A stretch of 36,144 bases of DNA from a virus. Taxonomy: Duplodnaviria; Heunggongvirae; Uroviricota; Caudoviricetes. Shown piece after piece: positions 1-7,759 of the stretch. The stretch lies in IMG/VR virus record IMGVR_UViG_2728369608_000005; one strand, 5' to 3'. The position numbers and the translations under genes are program-made. The first letter of the stretch is position 1. Each line of letters opens with the position of its first letter. A model generated the notes under the pieces. The model made no database searches. It had not been told where the DNA came from and saw only the letters and a list, made by a program, of their open reading frames with translations.

Positions 1-502
1 ATGGCAAACCTACCTGAAACCCCGCAGTGGGAAGAAGGCATCTACCAGATTGAGGTCTCTGACCCCGTTCTGGGCGGGCCTGACGGAATTTCTAACCGTC
101 AGGGTAAACAACTGGCCAGCCGCACGCTGTACCTGAAGCAACAGGTTGAAAAAGGCGGTTCTGACCTTGCGAAACATATCGCGGCAGCAGACCCGCATAC
201 CCAGTACGCACCGAAAGCCAGCCCGACATTCACCGGCACACCAACAGCGCCTACGCCTGCAAATAGCGATAACAGCAAGAAGCTGGCGACGACGGAGTTT
301 GTGGCCAAAGCACTTGCGGCGCTTGCAGGCAGCGCCCCTGAGACGCTGGATACGCTCAAAGAGCTGGCTGATGCCCTCGGCAACGATCCGAATTTTGCGA
401 CCACTGTGTTGAACAAGCTGGCGGAGAAGCTGGCCAAAGACCAGAACGGCGCTGATATTCCTGACCCGGCGCTCTTTGTCAAAAACCTTGGTTTGGGAGA
501 AG
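1..502. repeat. Left copy of a perfect >=502-bp inverted repeat (fibre constant region); outer limit cut by window edge
   Basis: Reverse complement of 1..502 equals 2423..2924; first mismatch at 503/2422. Confidence 0.9.
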
Positions 503-942
503 CGGCAAAACGGAATGTGGGCAACGGGGAAAACCAAATCCCTGATATGTCTTTCTGGACGGTTACTGGTGGCAATGGAAATTTTGTGATTCGTCAACCT
601 GACGGGCTAATCATTCAGATGGTTACTGTAAGTATAAGCGGTCCAGTGGCGATGAATGGAATGACTGATAATGCTTATGCCATTACAGGTTCTAATAAGT
701 CTTATATTGCCACAGCCACATTGCCCTTTGTATTTCCTAATAAGGTGCTGGGCGTTATCCCTCTGGTATCAACAACAGCTTATGGTGGTGTATCCAGTAA
801 TATTACAGGTTCATACGCGACGGCGGTTTGTTCTTTTGCCGCTGTCATGGGGAATAATACGATTGTGTTCAAAGTCGACAAACCACTGAATGCAGCCTTT
901 CCTTCAGATACCAGCGTCTCAGCGTTAATCATTGGACGGTAA
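1..942 (+). CDS. Tail fibre protein, variant A (alternative receptor-binding C-terminus)
   Basis: First 167 aa identical to the fibre at 1962..2924, then a different C-terminus encoded by visibly AT-rich DNA. Confidence 0.75.
   Translation: MANLPETPQWEEGIYQIEVSDPVLGGPDGISNRQGKQLASRTLYLKQQVEKGGSDLAKHIAAADPHTQYAPKASPTFTGTPTAPTPANSDNSKKLATTEFVAKALAALAGSAPETLDTLKELADALGNDPNFATTVLNKLAEKLAKDQNGADIPDPALFVKNLGLGEAAKRNVGNGENQIPDMSFWTVTGGNGNFVIRQPDGLIIQMVTVSISGPVAMNGMTDNAYAITGSNKSYIATATLPFVFPNKVLGVIPLVSTTAYGGVSSNITGSYATAVCSFAAVMGNNTIVFKVDKPLNAAFPSDTSVSALIIGR
476..501. promoter_or_regulatory. Candidate hix/gix-like invertase crossover site (left)
   Basis: TTGTCAAAAACC-TT-GGTTTGGGAGAA: two 12-bp half-sites around a 2-bp core, at the inner edge of the repeat. 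Confidence 0.6.
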
Positions 943-944
943 GA

Positions 945-1388
945 ATGAACTCAGTATTCTTTTCACCCGGAAGTAAAAGTTTTTATCTGCAAGAATTGTT
1001 TCCAGAATATGAGGATGCGGGAACGCTTCCTGATGATGTTATTGAAATTACCAGAGAAACATATGAGCAATTTCTTGGGCTGCATCCAGAAGGGAAAGAA
1101 ATTGGCGCTGACAGTTCAGGACGGCCAATATGGATTAATTCCCCGCCGCCTTCAAAAGAGGATGAGATGCTGGCGGCTGAAATGAAAAAGATATCTTTGG
1201 TTTCAGAAGTCAATACCTACATCAATACCAATCAGTGGCCTGGCAAAGCTGCTATTGGTCGTCTGAAAGGTTACGAGCTGGAACAATATAATTTATGGCT
1301 GGATTATCTGGACGCACTGGAACTGGTTGATACCTCCAGTGCTCCAGATATTGAATGGCCTACGCCTCCGGTAGTTCAGGCCAGATGA
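945..1388 (+). CDS. Tail fibre assembly chaperone (Tfa), cognate to variant A
   Basis: C-terminal Tfa signature LWLDYLDALELVDTSSAPDIEWPTPP; directly follows fibre A. Confidence 0.75.
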   Translation: MNSVFFSPGSKSFYLQELFPEYEDAGTLPDDVIEITRETYEQFLGLHPEGKEIGADSSGRPIWINSPPPSKEDEMLAAEMKKISLVSEVNTYINTNQWPGKAAIGRLKGYELEQYNLWLDYLDALELVDTSSAPDIEWPTPPVVQAR

Positions 1389-1965
1389 CATCCGGCGCGG
1401 TGCTGGTATCTGTTGCAGTCACCGCGTCAATGTAATCCAGCACAGCGTTAAGCCGGGTTGTTTCTGCCTGCGTCAGCTTCCGCCCGGCCTGCAATTTCAG
1501 CTGAATCAGACTAATGGAAGCCATAGCAGCATCAATCAGTGACTGGCGCCGTACTTCTGCCGCGTCTACTGCGGCGTTATGCTGTGCCTCAGTATCGGTC
1601 ACCCATTTCTCACCATCCCATTTATCGTATGACGTTAACGGGGCGATAGTGGTTGTATTTTCAGGGTAATCACCCGGAACTGTGATTTCTTTTGATTCTC
1701 CTGTTTCGGTGCTATAGACGATTTCACCGCGATGGTCTGGCACATATTCCCATGAGTTAAAATCTGCAGAACGGCAAATTGCATAACCAGCTTTATATGA
1801 GCCAGGAGCATCTAAACAGGAACATGCCGGGATACCGACACCCACAGCAAGATATTCAGTTGATGTGGAAATATATTCCCGTGTTTCACCATCATAATTA
1901 TAAACGGTAATGTCTCCGGCCTTTGTGGCGATGAGTTCATTATTTAATACAGCTTTACTTATCAT
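1360..1965 (-). CDS. Tail fibre assembly chaperone (Tfa), cognate to variant B
   Basis: C-terminal Tfa signature LDYIDAVTATDTSTAPDVIWPELP; overlaps the start of fibre B by 4 bp. Confidence 0.8.
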   Translation of the reverse strand: MISKAVLNNELIATKAGDITVYNYDGETREYISTSTEYLAVGVGIPACSCLDAPGSYKAGYAICRSADFNSWEYVPDHRGEIVYSTETGESKEITVPGDYPENTTTIAPLTSYDKWDGEKWVTDTEAQHNAAVDAAEVRRQSLIDAAMASISLIQLKLQAGRKLTQAETTRLNAVLDYIDAVTATDTSTAPDVIWPELPEA

Positions 1966-2924
1966 GCAGCCCTCACAATATAATTAAAGGCGATGTTACG
2001 GGAGCGGGTTTCAGATGCTGTGCGAACTGAGCGAGATGCGTCGAATGTCCAGTTATAAGCGCCATAACCCTCAATAATTTCGGCTTCCTTTAGACCTGTA
2101 GATAATACTTCTTGCCCATGTTGACTAAATGGCCCTGAACTAAGTACGCCTTTAAAAAGCTGGGTACGCCCAAAAGAACCAACAATATTCTGAATTGCAT
2201 CATTCTGTGCAGATAATAAGTTACGACCAGAGTCAATCCCGCGCCCATCATCCCAGCCACGAATAAATTCACCGCGTAAATCAGGCAATTTATTTGTCGG
2301 ATAAGCCTTTGCCAGTTCCGGGTATTCTTCAGCAGAAAAAGCCGCACCGTTGCATTTCAGCCAGCCTGTTGGCGGTGTGGCTGAAGGCCATGGAACAGGC
2401 ACACCAACAGGTAATGCAGAGCCTTCTCCCAAACCAAGGTTTTTGACAAAGAGCGCCGGGTCAGGAATATCAGCGCCGTTCTGGTCTTTGGCCAGCTTCT
2501 CCGCCAGCTTGTTCAACACAGTGGTCGCAAAATTCGGATCGTTGCCGAGGGCATCAGCCAGCTCTTTGAGCGTATCCAGCGTCTCAGGGGCGCTGCCTGC
2601 AAGCGCCGCAAGTGCTTTGGCCACAAACTCCGTCGTCGCCAGCTTCTTGCTGTTATCGCTATTTGCAGGCGTAGGCGCTGTTGGTGTGCCGGTGAATGTC
2701 GGGCTGGCTTTCGGTGCGTACTGGGTATGCGGGTCTGCTGCCGCGATATGTTTCGCAAGGTCAGAACCGCCTTTTTCAACCTGTTGCTTCAGGTACAGCG
2801 TGCGGCTGGCCAGTTGTTTACCCTGACGGTTAGAAATTCCGTCAGGCCCGCCCAGAACGGGGTCAGAGACCTCAATCTGGTAGATGCCTTCTTCCCACTG
2901 CGGGGTTTCAGGTAGGTTTGCCAT
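1962..2924 (-). CDS. Tail fibre protein, variant B (tail-collar-type C-terminus), currently joined to the late operon
   Basis: Lies directly downstream of the gpI-like gene; C-terminus has Mu S / P2 H-like collar motifs (WLKCNGAAFSAEEYPELAKAYP, LPDLRGEFIRGWDDGRG). Confidence 0.85.
   Translation of the reverse strand: MANLPETPQWEEGIYQIEVSDPVLGGPDGISNRQGKQLASRTLYLKQQVEKGGSDLAKHIAAADPHTQYAPKASPTFTGTPTAPTPANSDNSKKLATTEFVAKALAALAGSAPETLDTLKELADALGNDPNFATTVLNKLAEKLAKDQNGADIPDPALFVKNLGLGEGSALPVGVPVPWPSATPPTGWLKCNGAAFSAEEYPELAKAYPTNKLPDLRGEFIRGWDDGRGIDSGRNLLSAQNDAIQNIVGSFGRTQLFKGVLSSGPFSQHGQEVLSTGLKEAEIIEGYGAYNWTFDASRSVRTASETRSRNIAFNYIVRAA
2423..2924. repeat. Right copy of the inverted repeat
   Basis: Same comparison as the left copy; the N-terminal 167 aa of both fibres are identical. 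Confidence 0.9.
2424..2449. promoter_or_regulatory. Candidate hix/gix-like invertase crossover site (right)
   Basis: TTCTCCCAAACC-AA-GGTTTTTGACAA; closely resembles Salmonella hixL as I recall it (TTCTTGAAAACCAAGGTTTTTGATAA). Confidence 0.6.
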
Positions 2925-2926
2925 AA

Positions 2927-3505
2927 TTAACTGCTCCCGTGGTTATAGCTACCGTCATAGTTGACGGTGTTGTTGTAGCGAATGGCGACAGACTGATACT
3001 CAAGGCTCGCCAGATGGCAGCGGGCCGGAGCAAAGGCAGCGAGCGTCTGGCGTAACAGCGCCGCCTGATCGTTAGTAATGGGCTGCTGAAGGATGACGCG
3101 ATAGACCGCCCAGGCTTCTGCATCGCCATGGACGAAAAGCCCGTTGTACGTGTGTTTGCCGTCGTAGCCAATCTGGCCAGTGCCTTCAATCAGATCCACT
3201 TCGCCGAAGCCGAAACGGCGGATAATTTCCCGGATTGACCACGGCGTCCCTTTATAGCGGTGCAGCTCGATAGCAGATTTGATAAGCATGCGGCGTACAT
3301 CGTCCGATTCCGCCAGCTCCCAGCCATCGCCAAACAGCGAGAACTGCTCGCCCAGCCATGGCAGCGCGGAACTGTCGACGATATCGACGAGATAGACCAT
3401 CAGTACGCTCAGGTCGATGTTATCCAGCTGCCCGGCCAGTTTTCCCAGCGTTCTGAGGCTGATATCACCCTCAAGCGGCGGCGGGAGTTGTAGCGGCTCA
3501 GCCAT
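2927..3505 (-). CDS. Tail/baseplate protein (P2 gpI-like, Mu gp48-like)
   Basis: 192 aa; sits between baseplate J and the tail fibre; stop at 2927 abuts the fibre start. Confidence 0.6.
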   Translation of the reverse strand: MAEPLQLPPPLEGDISLRTLGKLAGQLDNIDLSVLMVYLVDIVDSSALPWLGEQFSLFGDGWELAESDDVRRMLIKSAIELHRYKGTPWSIREIIRRFGFGEVDLIEGTGQIGYDGKHTYNGLFVHGDAEAWAVYRVILQQPITNDQAALLRQTLAAFAPARCHLASLEYQSVAIRYNNTVNYDGSYNHGSS

Positions 3506-4601
3506 CGGACACCCCGGTCATGTTAAGAGTGATCGCCGTGCAGTTTGCCCATTCGTTTTCTGCCACCACCCGCAGTGGCGGTGTCACCAGTTCAACCTGG
3601 TACACCCCGGAGACGGACAACACACTGATAATCTGGCTGGGAACAATATCGCGCCCCAGCGTGGCGGTACGTGATGCCACCCAGTTCTGTATGGCGCTGT
3701 TGGCGTTGTCCTTTACCGAGTTGGCATCCTGGTCGCGGTAGATCGTGATATTGGCTTCAATGGTGTAATCCACCTGCAGAGGTGTTTTAGCCCGCACGGT
3801 ATCAGTAAGTGGCCTGACTTTTTCGTCAGAACAGAAACTCTCTACCAGCGTGAGGATGCTGTCGTCCGGCAGGCCGGTACTGAGCAGCGGATACAGCTCT
3901 ACGGTACCGGGGACCGGGGAAAGCACGGCAACATCGACAATGTTGGGATGGGCCTGCATGGCATGAAAGCGGTATGCCATACGGCTTCCGGCGTTGGTGA
4001 ATGACTCCGGGGCCAGTTTGATACGCTCGCGGAGCCTGTCATTGTCTTCCTGCTCAGAACCGCCAGAACTGGCCGCCATATTGGTCACCTGCAGGTCGAC
4101 GTTATCAATCTCATCGAGCAACTGACTGACCTGCGCAGGCTGCCAGCCGTTGCCTGCGGCTCCCGGCTCGGTACAGGTGGCCGTGGCATTGACAAGCAGC
4201 AATCCGGCTTTCAGCACTACGTCCGTATCGGTTGCAAAAATAATGCTGTCGGAAGCGCTGACGCGGGTACCTGCCGGAATCAGCACATCAATGGCCAGTT
4301 CCTCATCCACGGAGAACTGGAGCGTGGTGGTGGCAGGCTGCGCGGCCAGTCGGTATACACCAACCAGTTCACCGAGGTAATCAATCATCGGCTCACGGGC
4401 AAAGGCGACCAGATTCTGTTTGGCCGCTTCCTGCGCCGCCACCCTGACCAGCATTTCGCGGTATGCCCACAGGTCAATCAACAGGCGCTCAGCCTGAGCG
4501 GGGTATAGCGTCTTGCCAGTTGCGGCTTCGTACTGTGCAATCATTTCAGCCGTGATTTTGTCAGCATCACGTTCAATAAAATCGGGTTCTGTCAGCGCCA
4601 T
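3498..4601 (-). CDS. Baseplate protein J-like (Mu gp47-like)
   Basis: 367 aa in the conserved V-W-J-I order; overlaps neighbours by a few bases. Confidence 0.7.
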   Translation of the reverse strand: MALTEPDFIERDADKITAEMIAQYEAATGKTLYPAQAERLLIDLWAYREMLVRVAAQEAAKQNLVAFAREPMIDYLGELVGVYRLAAQPATTTLQFSVDEELAIDVLIPAGTRVSASDSIIFATDTDVVLKAGLLLVNATATCTEPGAAGNGWQPAQVSQLLDEIDNVDLQVTNMAASSGGSEQEDNDRLRERIKLAPESFTNAGSRMAYRFHAMQAHPNIVDVAVLSPVPGTVELYPLLSTGLPDDSILTLVESFCSDEKVRPLTDTVRAKTPLQVDYTIEANITIYRDQDANSVKDNANSAIQNWVASRTATLGRDIVPSQIISVLSVSGVYQVELVTPPLRVVAENEWANCTAITLNMTGVSDG

Positions 4602-4939
4602 AGCAACTCCTGAGTCCGGGGTTGTCCGTCAGAGCCTTTCCAGCTCACCCGGAGCGTAAGATGTTCGCCGTCGACGGCGGGTTTAACCGACATAAGCTGG
4701 CAGCGAGGCTCCCAGCGGCGAATGGCATCGACGGATTCGCGCACCACATGCGGAATAGCCCGGTCAATAGGCCAGTCGATATAAAGGTGCAGATTGCTGC
4801 CGAACTCCGGGCGATGCGGGTCGCTGCCGCGAGGAGTACGCAGGATGATTTGAATGGCCTGCCAGATATCATCCAGCCCCCGGACGATTTCGCCAGGGGC
4901 CTGCAGAGCCGGTTGCCAGAATACTGAGGTTGTTTTCAT
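4592..4939 (-). CDS. Baseplate protein GPW/gp25-like (Mu gp46-like)
   Basis: 115 aa, size and position typical of GPW. Confidence 0.7.
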   Translation of the reverse strand: MKTTSVFWQPALQAPGEIVRGLDDIWQAIQIILRTPRGSDPHRPEFGSNLHLYIDWPIDRAIPHVVRESVDAIRRWEPRCQLMSVKPAVDGEHLTLRVSWKGSDGQPRTQELLWR

Positions 4940-4993
4940 GGGGGCAGTATTGCCCCTGTGCGGGAACGCCGATATTAAAGGCGTTTAAGAAGG

Positions 4994-5506
4994 TCAGTGG
5001 GAATGGTGATTAGAGTTCGGGCCGTCAGAGAGCATGCTGCCTGTCGAGTGGGCATTGCCGTTGATTTCAAGGTTGCCGTTCACCGTGGTGGTGTCAGCGG
5101 TCAAATCAATGGTTTTCCCCTTCAGGCTGATACCCACTGCAACCTCGATCACCACATGCTCGATACCACCTTTGACTGTCAGCGTATGGGTCGCACGGTT
5201 ATAGCTGAACTCTGCGCCATCCGCGTATTTCGTGCCCCGGACATTTTTGTCGCTGAACGGCGGTTTATCGACTTCTGAGTACACCGCGCCCAGAATGACA
5301 CCATCCTCGCCGTTGGCATCGAGCAGCACCTCAACCTGCTCCCCCACGTCAGGGAGCCAGTAATCCTTGTTATCCTGGGTATTGCGCTGCAGCACGTTAA
5401 GCCAGTTAGTGCGCAGGTTATCGCATTCCGGCAGACGAACGCGGGCCTGAACCTTGTCGGCATCGACGGCGCTGACCGTACCGACCTGACGAGTGACGCC
5501 TGTCAT
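4994..5506 (-). CDS. Baseplate assembly protein V / spike (Mu gp45-like)
   Basis: 170 aa, gpV-like N-terminus; follows the gpD-like gene. Confidence 0.7.
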   Translation of the reverse strand: MTGVTRQVGTVSAVDADKVQARVRLPECDNLRTNWLNVLQRNTQDNKDYWLPDVGEQVEVLLDANGEDGVILGAVYSEVDKPPFSDKNVRGTKYADGAEFSYNRATHTLTVKGGIEHVVIEVAVGISLKGKTIDLTADTTTVNGNLEINGNAHSTGSMLSDGPNSNHHSH

Positions 5507-6675
5507 TATTTTTTCTCCTTTATTACCGTGGACGTGCTGCCGTCCGGTTTATAGACGGTCAGCGTCTGGGTTTTTCCGGTCTTTTTACCTTTCTTCGCTT
5601 TGCCCTGCGTAACCGGCCCTCGTGCCACTTCCAGTTCGGTGATGTAGCCGCTGTTACGGTCAAACGCATGGCGGGCAGTAGTTATCAGCCATGGCCCGGA
5701 TAACTGACCAAAACCCACCAGTTCAATTTTGTTGCCTGCAGTCAACTGAGGCGTCCCCATCAGCGTCAGCGAGCCGTTCTGCTGGTATTCGTTATGCCTG
5801 GCCAGCGCCGAATCTGCTTTAATCCGGGCGCTGTCCGGATCACTGACGCGGCTGTTGACCTTCAGTGAGTCGGCACTGGTGACCTTACCGCCTTTGGTTT
5901 GTTTGTCGCTTTCGCTGGTACCGCCATCAGCTTCATAAACGATCAGCTTTTTATCACTGCTCTTCTGGTGTTTTACCTTCGCGGATTTGTAGACGCGGTT
6001 GATGGTGTCACGCAGGGAAAAGCTGGCCACATCCTGCGGCTTTAACTGCCTGATCGGCTCCTGACCGCGTAACGTGGCAAGATGAGAAAAAACCAGCTGG
6101 TCGCTGACCACTTTCACGGCATAACCATACTCGCTGGCCAGTCGGCGCAGGAAGCCCACGTCCGTTTCAGCATACTGGGTCACCCGGTCAATTTTGATGG
6201 ACTCAATACTGCCAACCAGCTTCAGCTGATGCTTTTTGGCAATCCGTCCGGCGATGGCCGCCAGCGTGGTGCTCTCGAAACCACGACTGGATTTTGTCCG
6301 CAGGGCGTTGTTGACCGACGTGGCCACGCCCCGGATAGCGACAACGGACGCGGGCGAACTCACCTCGATCTCGTCTATAGAGAACGTACCGCAGGACAGC
6401 AGCTTCTCGCCCTGATAACCCATTTTCAGCGTCAGCGTGTCACCCTTGCCCGGATACCACTTATCCAGCCAGCGGCCATCGGTGTCGTCCAGTTCCACCT
6501 CAATGGTATCGGACTCGCTTTTGATGTTATCGCTGTAGGTGACGCGGGTGACATAGGGGGCGATATCGGTGGTGATGTTCTTCTGCAGATACCATAGCGT
6601 GAACACCGGACTCAGAACATCGCTGACGCCGGTTAACGCTGATGCGGCTTGTGCAGGGCTGTTTATCTCAGCCAT
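5506..6675 (-). CDS. Tail protein, P2 gpD-like / Mu P-like
   Basis: 389 aa, located after tape measure and N-like genes. Confidence 0.6.
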   Translation of the reverse strand: MAEINSPAQAASALTGVSDVLSPVFTLWYLQKNITTDIAPYVTRVTYSDNIKSESDTIEVELDDTDGRWLDKWYPGKGDTLTLKMGYQGEKLLSCGTFSIDEIEVSSPASVVAIRGVATSVNNALRTKSSRGFESTTLAAIAGRIAKKHQLKLVGSIESIKIDRVTQYAETDVGFLRRLASEYGYAVKVVSDQLVFSHLATLRGQEPIRQLKPQDVASFSLRDTINRVYKSAKVKHQKSSDKKLIVYEADGGTSESDKQTKGGKVTSADSLKVNSRVSDPDSARIKADSALARHNEYQQNGSLTLMGTPQLTAGNKIELVGFGQLSGPWLITTARHAFDRNSGYITELEVARGPVTQGKAKKGKKTGKTQTLTVYKPDGSTSTVIKEKK

Positions 6676-6878
6676 GGGGCAATATCCTCTTCTGTACTGG
6701 CTTCTTCAGCCTCGATAACCGGAATCAGTAACAACAGCCCGGAGGGCAGCACCGGCGTGATGGCCACGTGTGGATTGGCGGCAATTATCCGGGGATAGCC
6801 CAGCGGGTCGCCGTAGTACTGCCATGCGAGAGAGTCCCAGCGCTCTCCGTCACGGGTGACATGTTCAAGAAACATCAC
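6663..6878 (-). CDS. Tail protein X-like small protein
   Basis: 71 aa with gpX-like motif (GERWDSLAWQYYGD ... IAANPHV). Confidence 0.55.
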   Translation of the reverse strand: MMFLEHVTRDGERWDSLAWQYYGDPLGYPRIIAANPHVAITPVLPSGLLLLIPVIEAEEASTEEDIAPWLR

Positions 6879-7759
6879 ACACTCCTCGCCAGAATTTTGG
6901 CTGCCATGGTGCTTAACCCCGGCGACATACGGGTGAAGGTGGTGCTGGCGGAGTTAAGCTGCCCGGAAACGGCATCCAGCGCCGCTGCGATATTGCTGCC
7001 GTCCACGCCGCTCAGTGAAGACTGTGCCTGTTGTACATACGTGGCCGCATCACTGGTGGCTCTGGCCAGACTGATGGCATCAGGCATGGATTCAGAAAGC
7101 GCATTAAATGCCGGAACGCTTTGACCCAACGCCCCGGACACGTTGCCCAGCCCGCTCATCAACCCCGGTACGCGGGTCAGTGCAACGGCGGGGTTATCCT
7201 TCATTTTCTGCGCCACCCGAACGGCACTGATGGTGGTCTGGAGAACAGACTGCGCCTGTTTGGCGTAGTTGACGCCGTCGCGGACGTACTGCGCTACCCC
7301 GGAAGGTGAAGGAACGGCACCGGAGACCGCCCTGACGCCGGGAACCTGCGTGCGTATTGCGGGTGGCTGTAGCGGGTTTTTCGGGTCGCCGATGTACTCC
7401 CGGAGAGACGCGGTGGCATTGACGGCCAGCACGTTGCCGGTGCTGTCGGTCTGCTCGCTGGTCGCAGTAACATCGGTAATCACGAACCAGCCGCGATAGT
7501 CACCGTTGCCGAAGACCAGCGCCAGCGCTTGATGGGCCTTCATGGCCGTTCGCAGTCTCGCCAGCTCCACGTCGGGCACACAATAGTGCTGATGGAAGAC
7601 CAGGCTTATCTGGATTTCGTCCAGCTTATCGCCAACGAACTGCAGGCCGGGCTTACCCTCGATACGGGGATGCTCCGCATAATCGACGCCGAACGTGACC
7701 TCGAAGCCGTCCCAGTAGGTAATCAGTTCAAACTCAATATCACCCAATACTGCAAACAT
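6875..7759 (-). CDS. Mu N-like (DNA circularisation) tail protein
   Basis: 294 aa immediately downstream of the tape measure gene; assignment by position and N-terminal similarity. Confidence 0.5.
   Translation of the reverse strand: MFAVLGDIEFELITYWDGFEVTFGVDYAEHPRIEGKPGLQFVGDKLDEIQISLVFHQHYCVPDVELARLRTAMKAHQALALVFGNGDYRGWFVITDVTATSEQTDSTGNVLAVNATASLREYIGDPKNPLQPPAIRTQVPGVRAVSGAVPSPSGVAQYVRDGVNYAKQAQSVLQTTISAVRVAQKMKDNPAVALTRVPGLMSGLGNVSGALGQSVPAFNALSESMPDAISLARATSDAATYVQQAQSSLSGVDGSNIAAALDAVSGQLNSASTTFTRMSPGLSTMAAKILARSV

Noticed and set aside
10-597. Minus-strand ORFs inside tail fibre A (10..597, 99..575) and the nested plus-strand ORF 146..412
   Set aside because: They are antisense or alternate-frame to a well-supported fibre gene and are mirrored at 2350..2915 only because of the inverted repeat.
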